The position numbers and the translations under genes were made by a program. A stretch of DNA of 64,000 bases from an uncultured Pseudomonadota bacterium (GTDB taxonomy: Bacteria; Pseudomonadota; Alphaproteobacteria; JACZXZ01). The stretch lies in assembly GCA_963749075.1 (NCBI GenBank), contig CAVVLJ010000017.1:192001-256000 (forward strand), in the 5' to 3' direction. Under the pieces are notes generated by a model. The model did no database searches. It was not told the origin of the DNA and worked only from the letters and a program-made list of their open reading frames with translations. Positions 33,602 to 45,092 of this stretch are shown here, in pieces (position 1 is the first letter of the stretch; every line of letters begins with the position of its first letter).

Positions 33602-34336
33602 TCAGCGCGGCTCGAGGCGGTGCCAGCCCTCGCTGCCGAGCGCCTCGAGCGGGCGGAAGCGGCTCTTGTAGGACATCTTGCGGCTGCCCGCGACCCAGTA
33701 GCCGAGATAGACGTAGGGCAATCCCCGCGCGCGCGCGGTCTCGATGAGCCAGAGGATCATGTGGCTGCCGAGGCTGGGCCACGCCTCCCCGGGTGCGAAG
33801 AAGCTGTAGACCGCCGAGAAGCCGTCCGAGAGGCGGTCGGCGAGGCAGGCGGCGACGAGGGCGCCGCCCGCGTCGCGGAACTCGACGAGGGCGCTCTCGA
33901 TCGGGCTGTCCTCGACCATGCTGCGGTAGTCGTCGAAGTCCATGAGCGCCATCTCGCCCTCCCCGTGGCGCTCGGCGACGTAGCTGCGGAAGAGCGCGTA
34001 CTGCTCGCGCGTGGCGCGCGCCGGCCGCTCGGCGGCGGCGAGCACGGCGTTGGCCTTGGCGATGCGGCGCATCCAGGGCCGTGCCGCGAACTCGCGCACC
34101 ACGACGCGCACCGGCACGCAGGCCGAGCACTCCGGGCAGGCCGGGCGGAAGGCCACCTGGTGGCTGCGGCGGAAGCCGGAGCGCAGCAGCGTCTCATAGA
34201 GCCGCGGCGCACCGCCGCCTGCGAGCTCGGTGAAGATGCTGCGCTCGACCCGGCCGTAGAGATAGGGGCACGGCCGCGGCCCCGAGAGGAAGAAGCGGTG
34301 CTGGAGCCCGGCAAGGCCTTCGGATGAGCCCGACAT
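33602..34336 (-). CDS. bpt: Arginyltransferase-like aspartate/glutamate leucyltransferase
   Basis: PCPYL, GFRRS, RPACPECSACVPVR, SAVYSFF, YVYLGYWV..S.KM.YK.RF.P.E (alternative start 34369). Confidence 0.88.
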   Translation of the reverse strand: MSGSSEGLAGLQHRFFLSGPRPCPYLYGRVERSIFTELAGGGAPRLYETLLRSGFRRSHQVAFRPACPECSACVPVRVVVREFAARPWMRRIAKANAVLAAAERPARATREQYALFRSYVAERHGEGEMALMDFDDYRSMVEDSPIESALVEFRDAGGALVAACLADRLSDGFSAVYSFFAPGEAWPSLGSHMILWLIETARARGLPYVYLGYWVAGSRKMSYKSRFRPLEALGSEGWHRLEPR

Positions 34337-34399
34337 GAGGCCATTATCCTTGAGAGGCCGCCGCCTCACAAGATGGCTGCCGCGCGTGCGCCTCGGGGC

Positions 34400-34930
34400 C
34401 TAGGGCGTCACCGCGCCGAGCATCACGCGGCGCTGCGTCCTGATCACCACCGTGCCGGAGAGGCAGTCGTGCAGGCAGCGCCGGCGCGCGTCGAAGAAGG
34501 CGACGCCGAGCACCAGCCACATGAGGAGCGTCGCCGTCATATAGGCGAGGCCCCAGAAGAGGAGTGCCCGCAGGACGGCCTGGGCGAGCTCGGGCCGGGC
34601 GCCGCTCCAGCTGCGCACCTCGAGGCCGAAGGCGCGCATGCCGAGCGTGGCGGAGCGCCGCCCGCCCACCTGGAGCGCGTCGTAAGCCACGACGATGAGC
34701 GGGCTCGCCGCGAGCACCGGCAGCCAAAGGAGCCCCAGGCTCAAGATGCCGAGCACGAAGAAGAAGACGGCGAGCGCCATGAGCAGGAGTGTTATGAGGA
34801 AGAGATCGAGCAGATGCGCCAGAACGCGGCGCAGCACGATGCCCTCGTAGAATTCCGGATAGTCGAGCGGATCGGGCGGCACCTCCTGCCAGCGGCGGAA
34901 GTTGGGATCGGGCACGGGCAGCTGCGGCAC
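34400..34930 (-). CDS. RDD family membrane protein
   Basis: RRVLAHLLD, ATLGMRAFGLEV, RCLHDCLSGTVV; GGAGGAG RBS. Confidence 0.88.
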   Translation of the reverse strand: MPQLPVPDPNFRRWQEVPPDPLDYPEFYEGIVLRRVLAHLLDLFLITLLLMALAVFFFVLGILSLGLLWLPVLAASPLIVVAYDALQVGGRRSATLGMRAFGLEVRSWSGARPELAQAVLRALLFWGLAYMTATLLMWLVLGVAFFDARRRCLHDCLSGTVVIRTQRRVMLGAVTP

Positions 34931-34988
34931 GCTGTCTCCTCCTACCGAAGCGCCGCGGGAGCCTAGGCAAGCCCGCGCGGAAAGGCAA
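34887..34988. repeat. Direct repeat copy 1 (RDD gene 5' end and upstream region)
   Basis: First 45 nt are 44/45 identical to 40776 onward; similarity continues to GGAAAGGCAA. Confidence 0.9.
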
Positions 34989-35577
34989 TTGAACCGTTCC
35001 CGGGAGCCGCGCGCCCGAAGAACACTGCGGACACGCGACCGACAACCGATTGAGTCGATCGCTCGTTTCTCCTCCTATGCGGGCATTTAAGAATTGGATC
35101 GATTCCAATATAACAGACATAAAAAGGACGCCAAATGTTGCAACCGGGTGGTTCAGGCGCTATTGTTAACCACTCTTCTGAACTGCGGATTTTATATTAC
35201 GCGACTCTTGGCACGGCCGCGTCATCGCCGGAGGCTGCAGTGAGCCGGACGCATCAGGTACAGATATCGAGGCCATTGGGCAGCCTTCGAGAGCGCCGCG
35301 GGAGCGCCACGGCGGCGACCGCGCGTAGCGAGGTCATCGACCCCTTGGCAGCCGCATCGTGGCGCCGCTGGCGGGCACGTGCTGATTTGCGTCGCTCCGT
35401 GGCGAATGGAAGATCGGGCCTAGGGAAAAGCGACTGCATCGGGAATTACCGCACACTGGCTCGCGGCAAGCAAGGGCTCATGCGCGTTGACGCCGGGTGA
35501 TGATCGGGCCCGTTCGAGTCTATGACAAATTTTCGTTCGAGGAGCTCGGTCGCCAGTAGATCGACTGGGAGGTAGAC

Positions 35578-36795
35578 ATGACGGCCGAGCCGTCCGTAGT
35601 CCCTTCGTTTCGGGCATTGATCCTCGAGGACCATGATTTCCAGCGGCGCGTCGGCGTCCAGGTCCTCAAACACTGCGGTGCCTCGGAAGTGCTGGAGGCG
35701 CCGGATGGCATAGCTGCTCTCGGTCTCGTCCAGGCGGCGACTCAGCCGATCGAGGTGCTGCTCTGCGACCTCAGCATGCCCGGCATGGACGGGCTGGCAT
35801 TTCTTCGCCATATCGCCGAGCTGGGTCACACGAATTCCGTCATCCTGGGCAGCGCGCTCGCTCCGTCGATCATTCGGGCCGCCGAGATCATGGCGAAGAG
35901 TTACGGGCTCCGCATCGTCGGCGCCGTCGAAAAGCCGCTGTCCCGAGCCAAGCTGATGCCGCTGCTGTTGCGCCATTTCAGCCAGACTCTCGTCCCGCCG
36001 CGACCGCCCGTCGATCTGATGCCGCTCGATGAGATCAAGTCGGGCATTGAACGCCGGCAGTTCGGGCCGTTCTTCCAGCCCAAGGTCGACATAAGGAGCG
36101 CCTCTCTCGTCGGGGTCGAGGCGCTCATGCGTTGGCACCATCCCGAGCGCGGCCTCATTCCGCCGGCGGCCTTCATCCCGGCGATGGAGTCGAGTGGCCT
36201 CATCTTGCCGGCTACGTTCATGATGATCGAGGCTTCGCTGGCCCAATGCAGCCGGTGGCGCGACATCGGGCTGGACGTTCCGATCGCGGTCAACATCTCC
36301 GTCGAGTCGCTGTGCGACACCAGCCTGCCGGATCAGCTCGAGACTATGACCCGGGCGGCGGGGCTGTTGCCGAGCTCGCTGATCCTCGAGGTAACGGAGA
36401 CGGCCGCGATGACCGATCTCGGCCGCTCGCTCGAGACGCTCGCGCGCTGCCGCATGAGGGGCTTCGACCTCTCGATGGACGATTACGGCACCGGGTTCTC
36501 CTCGATGCAGCAACTCACCCGTCTGCCGTTGAGCGAGCTCAAGATCGATCAGACCTTCGTGACCGGAGCCGCGGACCAACCCATCCTCCAAGCCATGATC
36601 GAGACCAGCGTCACGATGGCGAGGCACCTCAAACTCAAAACGGTCGCCGAAGGGGTGGAGACCAGCGACGATTGGGACGTCGTCGCCCGACTCGGATGCG
36701 AAGTCGCGCAAGGCTACTTCGTGGCCAAGCCGATGCCAGGAGAGCAATTGGCTGACTGGTACAAGGATTGGCTCGGAAGCCACGAAGCAGCCTAG
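35578..36795 (+). CDS. Response regulator with EAL phosphodiesterase domain (REC-EAL)
   Basis: LILEDH, LCDLSMPGMDG, FFQPKV, VEALMRW, EVTE, MDDYGTGFSS, ELKIDQ, AEGVE, QGY. Confidence 0.93.
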   Translation: MTAEPSVVPSFRALILEDHDFQRRVGVQVLKHCGASEVLEAPDGIAALGLVQAATQPIEVLLCDLSMPGMDGLAFLRHIAELGHTNSVILGSALAPSIIRAAEIMAKSYGLRIVGAVEKPLSRAKLMPLLLRHFSQTLVPPRPPVDLMPLDEIKSGIERRQFGPFFQPKVDIRSASLVGVEALMRWHHPERGLIPPAAFIPAMESSGLILPATFMMIEASLAQCSRWRDIGLDVPIAVNISVESLCDTSLPDQLETMTRAAGLLPSSLILEVTETAAMTDLGRSLETLARCRMRGFDLSMDDYGTGFSSMQQLTRLPLSELKIDQTFVTGAADQPILQAMIETSVTMARHLKLKTVAEGVETSDDWDVVARLGCEVAQGYFVAKPMPGEQLADWYKDWLGSHEAA

Positions 36796-36841
36796 AACCG
36801 ACCCCCTCCGGCCCGTGTTGGGTAATCTCGACGGTCAAGTG

Positions 36842-39800
36842 ATGACAAAACGCACCCTGCTAAGCCGACATTTCTGGCTGCTGCTCCTGCCGCTGGCCGG
36901 CCTGGTGACGGTGGCCGCACTCTTGATCGGCCAGCTGCGGGTCCATTCGGACTTGCACGAGTTGGCCGCCGAAGAATCCGCGCACGTCCAGCTCGGAAAA
37001 GACGAAATCGTCGAAAGACTCAGGACGCCACAGCAGCATCTGATGTCGTTACAAAAGGAGAGGCCGATCCTTGCCGCGATCGACGATCCGAGTCCGGTTA
37101 ATCGGGCCGGCATGAGCGAAGCCTTCGCGTCATTGCTCGACCGCAATCCCGAATACGACCAGGCTCGGTGGATCGATGAGAAAGGCATGGAACGGGTCCG
37201 CGTCGACAGAGGCCAAGATGGCACCGGACCCGTGGTCATCGCCGAGCCGAACCTTCAGGACAAAGCCGACCGCGATTACGTCGTTGATACGGCCCACCTT
37301 GGGATCGGCGGAATATACATCTCGCAACTCGATCTCAATATAGAGCACGGCAAGCTCAGCATCCCCTACAGGCCGACACTGCGCTTTGCGATCGCGATCG
37401 CCGATCGCGCCGGCGTTCACCGCGGCATCCTGGTCATCAATTATCTGGCCGACCCGATGCTGAAGAATTTCAAGCGCAAGACCGGTTGGGGCGATCGGAA
37501 CATCATGCTGCTTAACCGGCAGGGCTATTGGCTGGCCAGTCCGAACCCGGCGGATGAATGGGGCTTCATGTTCGGGCGAGCCATTACCCTTGGCAGCCGG
37601 TCCCCGGAGGCGTGGGCTCGGATCAGCCGAAGCGAGCATGGGCAATTCATTGACGCTAGCGGTCTGTGGAGCTGGGAGACGATCACCCCGCTGGCGGAGG
37701 CTTTGAAACGGCTGGGCGAGACGGACGCACCGACCTTGATCGTGGTTTCCCATCTGCCGGCGAAGGCGGTTCGGTCGGTCTATTTCAACGCATGGCTTCC
37801 GACCGCTCTGATCGGCATCCTCTCCGTGCTGATCCTCGCCACGTTGAGCTGGTACGTCGCGCTGCGCTCCGAACACAAGGCTGACGCGCTCAAGGCCGAG
37901 GCCGCGGCGGAAGAAAGCCGGCGGCGCGTGGCCGTACTGGAGGCGGACCAGAGAGTAGGCGCCAGGCTGGCGGCAATCATCGAGTCCACGGACGACGCCA
38001 TAGTCGGCAAGAATCTTGACGGTACTATCACCAGTTGGAATCCAGGCGCGGAAAAGCTGTTCGGTTACCGGGCGGACGAAGCGATCGGACACGGCATCCA
38101 GACGTTGCTCGCGCCGGGCCGGGAAGAGGAAGAGCGGCAGATCCTCGAACGCATCGAGCGTGGCGAGACCGTCGGCCATTTCGAGACCGTGCGCAGGCAC
38201 AAGGACGGCCACCCGATCGACGTTTCCGTGACGATCTCGCCAATTCGGGACGCCGCCGGCCGCGTCATCGGGGCCTCCAAGATCGCGCGCGACATTACCG
38301 CGGCCAAGCGCGCCGAGACCGAACTGAGCCGGCATCGCGAGCACCTCGAAGAGTTGGTCGAGGAGCGCACCGCGCAGATCGCCGAGACGACCGACCAGCT
38401 CCGCGAGCGGCAAAAGTTCATCACCACCGTCACCGACAATCTGCCGAGCATGGTCGGGTATTGGGACCGCGATTTACGCTGTCGCTTTGCCAACCGCGCT
38501 TATTTCGACTGGTTCGGCCGCACGTCCGAGCAGATGCTCGGCACAACGATCGAGGCGCTGCTTGGCGAAGAGCGGTTCCAGTCGAACCGTCCGGCGATCG
38601 AAGCGGTGCTAGGGGGTGAGCCACAACAGTTCGAGCTGGAGATCCGCAAACCTTCCGGCGAGCTCGGCTACGGTTTCGCTCACTATATTCCGGACCGCGA
38701 GGGCGACGCGGTGATCGGATTTTTCGTATTGGTCGCCGACGTGACGCCACTCAAGCTGGCCGAAGGCGAGCTGCGCCACGCCAATGACAAGCTCGAGGAG
38801 GCTCTCGCGGGGGCCAAGGCTGCCAGCAGCGCCAAGAGCCAGTTCGTCGCCAACATGAGCCATGAAATCCGGACGCCGATGAACGGCGTGATCGGCATGC
38901 TCGAAATTCTCGGCCATACCAAACTCGACGACGATCAGGCCCGGATCATCGGCACAGTGAGAGGCTCGGCTCGCTCGCTGCTGGAGGTCATCAACGACAT
39001 CCTGGATTTCTCGAAGATTGAAGCGGGGTACCTCAAGATCGAGGTCATCGCAGCCGATCCGACCGAGATCATCGAGAGCACCGCCCGGCTTTTCCTGGGC
39101 GCCGCGGCGGCCAAGGGTCTCGTCATGCGCAGCTTCGTGGCGCCCTCCGTCCGCGGCCAGTACCTGACGGACCCGGTGCGATTGCGGCAGATCCTGAGCA
39201 ACCTGGTCAGCAACGCGATCAAATTCACTTCGAGCGGCGGCGTCACGATGACCGTGGACGTCGCGCCAGGCGATGACGAAGCGGCATGCCTCTGCTTCGT
39301 CGTTGAGGATACCGGCATCGGGATCTCGCGCGAGGCGCAGGCGCGGCTGTTCCAGCCCTTTACTCAAGCGGACGATTCCACTGCGCGTAAATTCGGCGGC
39401 ACCGGCCTCGGGTTATCTATCTGCCTGCGGCTGGTCGATCTCATGGGCGGGAAGATCGGACTTGACAGCGTCGAGGGCGAGGGAACGCGGGTCACGCTCA
39501 CCCTGCCGGCACGCCCCGTCGAGAGCGACGCCGAAACTACGGCCCTCGATCTGCACGGCGTCCGCGTCGCGTTGGTCACCTCAGACAAGGTCGAGCAGCG
39601 GTATTTCCACGGCTATCTTACACATTGGGGCGCGGAGGTGACCGTGATGCAGCCGGGGTCCCGCCCTGCGACGCCGCCACCCGAATCTTTCACCCTGATC
39701 CTCGCCCCATTAGTCACGATGGAGGATATCAGGCTGGCGGCAGAAGGGGCGGATGAGATCGGGATCCCGGTCGGAGCGCCTATGCGCTTCGTTTTCTACT

Positions 39801-40768
39801 CGTACGACGACCCGCCCGTCGACCGGAACCCGACGAACGACAGCATCGAGACGACGGCCCTGTCCCGCGCCCGGATCATCACGGCCGTTGCCGTTGCGGC
39901 GGGACGGATGAGCCCGGAGACCGAAATCGTTCAAGCGCTGCCCCTGCTCGCCTCGCACGGCGCGGCCCCCTCGCGGGATCAGGCGATCAAAGAGGGAAGA
40001 CTGATTCTTCTGGCCGAAGACCATCCTGTGAACCGGGACGTGACTCTGCGCCAACTGCGTCTTCTCGGCTATGCGGCCGATGCCGTCGAGGATGGCTCGG
40101 CGGCATTGGCGGCATTGACCCGGACCCGTTATGCCCTGCTCCTGACGGACTGCAACATGCCCGAAATGGACGGATTCGCGCTGACCAGACGCATCAGGCA
40201 GGCAGAGACCGGCGGCTTCCGTCTGCCGATCATCGCTCTCACGGCTAACGCATTGGATGGAGAAGACCAGAAGTGCTTCGCCGCCGGCATGGACGACTAT
40301 CTCTCCAAACCGGTCGAGATGGCGACGCTCCGCAGCCGGCTGGACCATTGGCTGTCGGCTGGAGCGACGAACTTGGCGCAGACCATCGCGGCACCGACCG
40401 CCCTGCGAACGGCGGACGACACGGACACGGCCCCGGCGCTGAGCCTGGCCGTCCTCGCGGAATATTGCGGCGACGACCCCGCGGCGGTCAGCGAGAACCT
40501 GAAGCTGTTCGTGGACACCATGAGAGTCGACCTCGAACGCCTGTCCGCGGCGATCGCGCAGAGTAACGCCGACGAAACGCAGCTCCTTGCCCATCGGATG
40601 AAGGGGGCCGCACGGATCGTCGGCGGCCAGCGGCTCGCGACCTGCAGCGAAGCCGTGGAGCTTGCCGCTGAAGCTCGCGACTGGGCTGCCGTCGAGCGCG
40701 ACATGCCGCTGCTATTGGCGGCCGCCATGAAAATCGATCAGATGTACGATGAAATTGCTTCCGCTTGA
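36842..40768 (+). CDS. Hybrid sensor histidine kinase (periplasmic Cache-like, 2 PAS, HisKA, HATPase, REC, HPt)
   Basis: Two TM segments; [15 protein letters not shown]; [11 protein letters not shown]; NAIKFT; DTGIG; GGTGLGL; [11 protein letters not shown]; LAHRMKGAA. Confidence 0.95.
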   Translation: MTKRTLLSRHFWLLLLPLAGLVTVAALLIGQLRVHSDLHELAAEESAHVQLGKDEIVERLRTPQQHLMSLQKERPILAAIDDPSPVNRAGMSEAFASLLDRNPEYDQARWIDEKGMERVRVDRGQDGTGPVVIAEPNLQDKADRDYVVDTAHLGIGGIYISQLDLNIEHGKLSIPYRPTLRFAIAIADRAGVHRGILVINYLADPMLKNFKRKTGWGDRNIMLLNRQGYWLASPNPADEWGFMFGRAITLGSRSPEAWARISRSEHGQFIDASGLWSWETITPLAEALKRLGETDAPTLIVVSHLPAKAVRSVYFNAWLPTALIGILSVLILATLSWYVALRSEHKADALKAEAAAEESRRRVAVLEADQRVGARLAAIIESTDDAIVGKNLDGTITSWNPGAEKLFGYRADEAIGHGIQTLLAPGREEEERQILERIERGETVGHFETVRRHKDGHPIDVSVTISPIRDAAGRVIGASKIARDITAAKRAETELSRHREHLEELVEERTAQIAETTDQLRERQKFITTVTDNLPSMVGYWDRDLRCRFANRAYFDWFGRTSEQMLGTTIEALLGEERFQSNRPAIEAVLGGEPQQFELEIRKPSGELGYGFAHYIPDREGDAVIGFFVLVADVTPLKLAEGELRHANDKLEEALAGAKAASSAKSQFVANMSHEIRTPMNGVIGMLEILGHTKLDDDQARIIGTVRGSARSLLEVINDILDFSKIEAGYLKIEVIAADPTEIIESTARLFLGAAAAKGLVMRSFVAPSVRGQYLTDPVRLRQILSNLVSNAIKFTSSGGVTMTVDVAPGDDEAACLCFVVEDTGIGISREAQARLFQPFTQADDSTARKFGGTGLGLSICLRLVDLMGGKIGLDSVEGEGTRVTLTLPARPVESDAETTALDLHGVRVALVTSDKVEQRYFHGYLTHWGAEVTVMQPGSRPATPPPESFTLILAPLVTMEDIRLAAEGADEIGIPVGAPMRFVFYSYDDPPVDRNPTNDSIETTALSRARIITAVAVAAGRMSPETEIVQALPLLASHGAAPSRDQAIKEGRLILLAEDHPVNRDVTLRQLRLLGYAADAVEDGSAALAALTRTRYALLLTDCNMPEMDGFALTRRIRQAETGGFRLPIIALTANALDGEDQKCFAAGMDDYLSKPVEMATLRSRLDHWLSAGATNLAQTIAAPTALRTADDTDTAPALSLAVLAEYCGDDPAAVSENLKLFVDTMRVDLERLSAAIAQSNADETQLLAHRMKGAARIVGGQRLATCSEAVELAAEARDWAAVERDMPLLLAAAMKIDQMYDEIASA

Positions 40769-40775
40769 TTCCGAG

Positions 40776-40878
40776 TGCCAGCGGCGGAAGTTGGGATCGG
40801 GCACGGGAAGCTGCGGCACGGCGCTCTCCTCCGACGCGGCGGCCGCCGGAGCCTAAGCACGCCCGCCCGGAAAGGCAA
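40776..40878. repeat. Direct repeat copy 2 (RDD gene 5' end relic)
   Basis: TGCCAGCGGCGGAAGTTGGGATCGGGCACGGGAAGCTGCGGCACG...GGAAAGGCAA, starting 8 nt after the kinase stop. Confidence 0.9.
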
Positions 40879-41012
40879 ACGCGCCATTGCGAGGCGCCAT
40901 TGCGAGCGATCGCCCCTGCTGCCAGGCGTTGCCGATTGCCCGATCGAGGGCCATCTAACAGGCGGACGATGGAACGCGCCCTGCGCGGTCCCGCGGGGAG
41001 AGGAGTGCCGCC

Positions 41013-41255
41013 ATGACCAGATGGCTCATCACCTTCACGCTCGCCTGCCTGCTCGCGGTCGCCGGCGTGCTGTTGGCACTCTGGGCGATGAACGGCTTCT
41101 CCGGGCTCGGCATCGGGCTGTGGGGGACCATGGCGCTCGCGGGCGGCATCGCCGCGACGGTCGCACTCGGCGTCGGGCTCATGGCGCTCGTCTTCGCGAG
41201 CGACCGCAGCGGCACGGATTCCGGGGTCGGCGGTACGGAGCCCGGCGAGCGCTGA
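41013..41255 (+). CDS. Small membrane hypothetical protein
   Basis: GGAG RBS; two hydrophobic helices; GVGLMALVFASDRSG.D motif. Confidence 0.7.
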   Translation: MTRWLITFTLACLLAVAGVLLALWAMNGFSGLGIGLWGTMALAGGIAATVALGVGLMALVFASDRSGTDSGVGGTEPGER

Positions 41256-42507
41256 TCAGCCGCCGGGCTTGCCGCCGGCGGCGATGGTGAGGACGCGGTG
41301 GGCGTGCCAATAGGCAGCTGCCGCAAGCGTGCCGGCGCGCTTCCAGAACGTCGTCCGGCGGGTACTCCGCGTCCTTGTAGCTGGCCGCCGTGGTGCCGAC
41401 GTAGACGAGCGGGGCGTCGTCTTCGGAGTAGGCGCAGGCGATCTGGTGCGCGTCGGGCGCCGCCTTGGCGTCGTGCATTTGCACGCAGTGGAAGGTGAAG
41501 GGCCGGTTGTTGCTCATGAGGCCGACCGCGAAGGGCCGTGCCGCGAGCGCCGGCGCATTGAGTGCTGCGAGCTTGGCGAACTTCATATAGGCGTCCATGG
41601 CCTCCTCGACGTGGCCGTAGATGCGGTAGGCGATCGCGCTCGGGCCGGCGGCCTGGACGAAGCCCACCCGGACCTCCTCCAGGCGCTTATCTGCGCTCGG
41701 CTCGGTCTTGATCTCGACCGGCCCCGGCTTGCCGTAGTCTCCCGCGCGGCCGTTGTCGTCGAGCGGATGCGCCTCGAGCGCCGCCACGATGTCCTTGAGC
41801 TCCAGGACATGCTGCTGCCCCTTCTGCTCCGCCTGCCCCGCCGCCGGCGCTATGGGCTCCGCCTTCATGTTCGCCAGGTTCTCCTTGGCGGCCTCGTTGC
41901 CGCCTTGCGCCGCCTTCTGGTACCAGGAGATGGCGAGGCCTACGTCCTTGGGCACGCCGAGCCCCTGGGCGTAGAGATAGCCGAGGTTGTTCTCGGCATC
42001 GGGCAGGCCCTGATTGGCGGCGGCACGAAACCAGCGCGCCGCCTGCACCATGTCCAGCGCCACGCCGCGTCCGTGCATGTAGAGCAGGCCAAGGCGGGAT
42101 TGCGCGAGCGCCTCGCCGGCGATGGCGGAGCGCGTGAAGAAGAACGCGGCTTTGGCCGCGTCCTGCGAGACGCCGTCTCCCTCGTCGTACATGAGGCCGA
42201 GCGCCGTGTCGCCGAGGGCATATTGCTGCGAGGCGGCGCGGCTCAGCCAGACGATCGCGGCGTTGATATCCTTGCCCACCCCCTTGCCGAGCCAGAGCTT
42301 CATGCCGAGGGCGTATTGCGCCGCGGCGTCGCCCGCCTTGGCAGCCTCGGCGAGGGCGTCGGCGTCGCTGTCCATGGTCCAGCGCGAGGGCGGTTGGGGC
42401 GCGCCCGAGGGCGCTGCCTCGGCCGCCGCGCACAGCACGAGAAGGGCGAACGCTGCAGCCATGAGGCGGGCGGCGCGGCTCTCCCAGGCCCTCGTGCGGC
42501 GGTGCAT
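41256..42507 (-). CDS. Secreted Sel1-repeat protein with unknown C-terminal domain (apparent frameshift near 41341)
   Basis: Signal peptide, four Sel1 repeats (AQYALG..G.GV.KD..A..W..AA.Q); corrected tail RAGTLAAAAYWHAHRVLTIAAGGKPGG* ends at 41256, abutting the convergent gene stop. Confidence 0.8.
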
Positions 42508-42520
42508 CCTCGGTTCTCCT

Positions 42521-43690
42521 CTATTGCAGCGCCTGGTCCAAGTCCGCGATGAGGTCGTCCGCGTCCTCGACGCCGACCGAGAGTCGCACGAGCCCGTCGC
42601 CGATGCCAAGTGCCGCGCGCTGCTCGGCCGGGATCGAGGCGTGGGTCATGATGGCGGGGTGCTCGATGAGGCTCTCGACCCCGCCCAGGCTCTCGGCGAG
42701 CGCCCAGATCTCGCAGCGCTCGAGGAAGCGGCGCGCCGGCTCGAGGCCGCCCTTCAAGAAGGCCGTCACCATGCCGCCGAAGCCGGGCATCTGGCGCCGT
42801 GCCAACGCATGCTGCGGATGGCCGGCGAGTCCCGGATAGATGACGCGCTCGATCTTGGGATGGCGCACGAGCCAGGCGGCGACCGCCGCGGCATTGGCGC
42901 AGTGCCGCTCCATGCGCAGCGCCAGCGTCTTGAGGCCGCGCAAGGCGAGGAAGCTGTCGAAGGGGCCTGCCACCGCACCCACCGCGTTCTGCAGGAAGGC
43001 CAAGCGCTCGGCGAGCTCGCGATCCTCGCCGACCGCGACGATGCCGCCCACCATGTCCGAGTGGCCGTTCAGGTACTTGGTCGCCGAGTGGAGCACCACG
43101 TCGAAGCCGAGCTCGAGCGGGCGCTGCGCCCACGGCGTGGCGAAGGTGTTGTCGCACACGGTGAGGATGCGGCGCCGCCGCGCCGTGGCGGCGATGCGCT
43201 CGAGATCGACCAGCTTGAGGAGCGGATTGGTCGGCGTCTCGACCCAGATCATGCGCGTCTCGGGGCGCAAGGCCGCCTCGAGCGCCGCGGCGTCGCTCAA
43301 GTCGGCGTAAGTGATCGCGAGCCCGGCCGAGCGCCTGCGCACGCCCTCGAAGAGCCGGTAGGTGCCGCCGTAGAGATCGTCCATGGCGACGAGGTGCTGG
43401 CCGTGATCGAGGAGCTCGAGCACGGTCGAGGCGGCGGCGAGGCCCGAGGCGAAGGCGAAGCCCTGCCGCCCGCTCTCGAGGTCGGCGAGGCAGCGCTCGT
43501 AGGCCATGCGCGTCGGGTTCTGGCTGCGCGAATACTCGTAGCCCTTGTGCACGCCGGGGCTCTCCTGCACGTAGGTCGAGGTGGCATAGATCGGCGTCAT
43601 GATGGCGCCGGTCGAGGGATCGGGGCTCTGGCCCGCGTGGATCGAGCGGGTCGCGAAGCCCAGGCGATTGCTCTTGGAAGAATTGTCCAT
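42521..43690 (-). CDS. Cystathionine gamma-lyase/synthase (PLP-dependent)
   Basis: YEYSRSQNPTR, FASGLAA, YGGT, ETPTNP, DNTF, HSATKYLNGHSD, AESLGGVESL. Confidence 0.93.
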   Translation of the reverse strand: MDNSSKSNRLGFATRSIHAGQSPDPSTGAIMTPIYATSTYVQESPGVHKGYEYSRSQNPTRMAYERCLADLESGRQGFAFASGLAAASTVLELLDHGQHLVAMDDLYGGTYRLFEGVRRRSAGLAITYADLSDAAALEAALRPETRMIWVETPTNPLLKLVDLERIAATARRRRILTVCDNTFATPWAQRPLELGFDVVLHSATKYLNGHSDMVGGIVAVGEDRELAERLAFLQNAVGAVAGPFDSFLALRGLKTLALRMERHCANAAAVAAWLVRHPKIERVIYPGLAGHPQHALARRQMPGFGGMVTAFLKGGLEPARRFLERCEIWALAESLGGVESLIEHPAIMTHASIPAEQRAALGIGDGLVRLSVGVEDADDLIADLDQALQ

Positions 43691-43709
43691 CGGGGCGCTC
43701 CAGCCGCCG

Positions 43710-45092
43710 CTACTTCATGCGCCGGCGCAGATAGTTGAGGAGATCGATGCGGGTGATGAGGCCGAGGAACTGCTCGCCGTCCCGCACGATGGCGACATGG
43801 CCCTTCTTCAGGATGTCGAGCACGGAGGCGAGCGGCGCCGCGGGAGCCACGGTCTCGAGCTTGCGCGTCATGGCGCTCGCCACGGCATCGCGGAAGCGCT
43901 CCTCGTGGTCGAAGACGCGCAAGAGGATGTCCTCCTCGTCGACGATGCCGACGATGCGCTCCTCGGCCATCACCGGGAGCTGCGAGACGTCGTAGAGCTT
44001 CATGCGGCTCAAGGCGGTCATCAGCGTATCGTCGGGCTTCACGGTGACGGTCGCGTGCTGGCGGTGCCGGCGCAGGATGAGATCGCCGAGATCGTGGCGC
44101 TGCGGGCGCTCGAGGAAGCCCTGATCGAGCATCCAGTAGTCGTTGTACACCTTCGAGAGATATTTGTTGCCGCTGTCGCAGACGAGGGTGACGACGCGCT
44201 TCTCCGTCGCTTGCGCGCGGCAATAGGCGAGCGCCGCCGCGAGGAGGGTGCCCGAGGAGGTGCCGGCGAGAATGCCCTCCTTCAGAAGGAGCTCGCGGCA
44301 GGCGAGGAAGGCCTCGCGGTCGGGGATGCTGTAGGTGCGCACGACGCGCGAGAGGTCGGCTATCGGCGGCAGGAAATCCTCGCCGATGCCCTCGACGAGC
44401 CAGGAGCCCGCCTCGCGCGCGAGCGTGCCGCTGCGAACGTATTCGGCCAGCACCGAGCCCTCGGGATCGGCGAGGATCATCTCCGCCCGCGGTGCCACGC
44501 GCGCAAAGTAGCGCGAGAGGCCGGCCATGGTGCCGCCCGAGCCGACGCCGCAGACGACGGCGTCGAGCCGGCCCTCCATCTGCTGCCAGATCTCCGGGCC
44601 GGTCGTCTCCTCGTGGGCGCGCGGGTTGCTCGCATTGGCGAACTGGTTGACGTAGACGCCGCCCGGCGTCTCGCGCGCCAGGCGCTCGGCCATGTCCTGG
44701 TAATAGTCGGGGTGGCCCTTGCCCACGTCGGAGCGGGTGAGGATCACCTCGGCGCCGAGCGCGCGGAGATGGAAGATCTTCTCCTGGCTCATCTTGTCGG
44801 GAATGACGAGGAGGAGCCGGTAGCCCTTCTGCGCCGCCACGAGGGCGAGGCCGAGCCCGGTATTGCCCGCCGTCGCCTCGATGACCGTGCCGCCGGGCTT
44901 GAGCCGGCCTTGGCGCTCGGCGTCCTCGATCATGGCGCGGCCGATGCGGTCCTTGATCGAGCCGCCCGGGTTCTGGCTCTCGAGCTTGGCGAAGAGCCGG
45001 CACGGCCCGCGCTCGAGCCGCGTGAGCTCGACGAGCGGCGTGTTGCCGATCATCTCCAGCACGTTGCCATAGACGGCAGCGGGGGCGGGCAT
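43710..45092 (-). CDS. cbs: Cystathionine beta-synthase with C-terminal CBS domains
   Basis: IGNTPLV, KLESQNPGGSIKDR, EATAGNTG, GVGSGGT, VEGIGEDF, DSGNKYLSK, CBS pair. Confidence 0.9.
   Translation of the reverse strand: MPAPAAVYGNVLEMIGNTPLVELTRLERGPCRLFAKLESQNPGGSIKDRIGRAMIEDAERQGRLKPGGTVIEATAGNTGLGLALVAAQKGYRLLLVIPDKMSQEKIFHLRALGAEVILTRSDVGKGHPDYYQDMAERLARETPGGVYVNQFANASNPRAHEETTGPEIWQQMEGRLDAVVCGVGSGGTMAGLSRYFARVAPRAEMILADPEGSVLAEYVRSGTLAREAGSWLVEGIGEDFLPPIADLSRVVRTYSIPDREAFLACRELLLKEGILAGTSSGTLLAAALAYCRAQATEKRVVTLVCDSGNKYLSKVYNDYWMLDQGFLERPQRHDLGDLILRRHRQHATVTVKPDDTLMTALSRMKLYDVSQLPVMAEERIVGIVDEEDILLRVFDHEERFRDAVASAMTRKLETVAPAAPLASVLDILKKGHVAIVRDGEQFLGLITRIDLLNYLRRRMK

Noticed and set aside
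35000-35570. ORFs in the AT-richer region upstream of the EAL regulator
   Set aside because: No RBS, motif or coding-like composition; probably regulatory or decayed DNA
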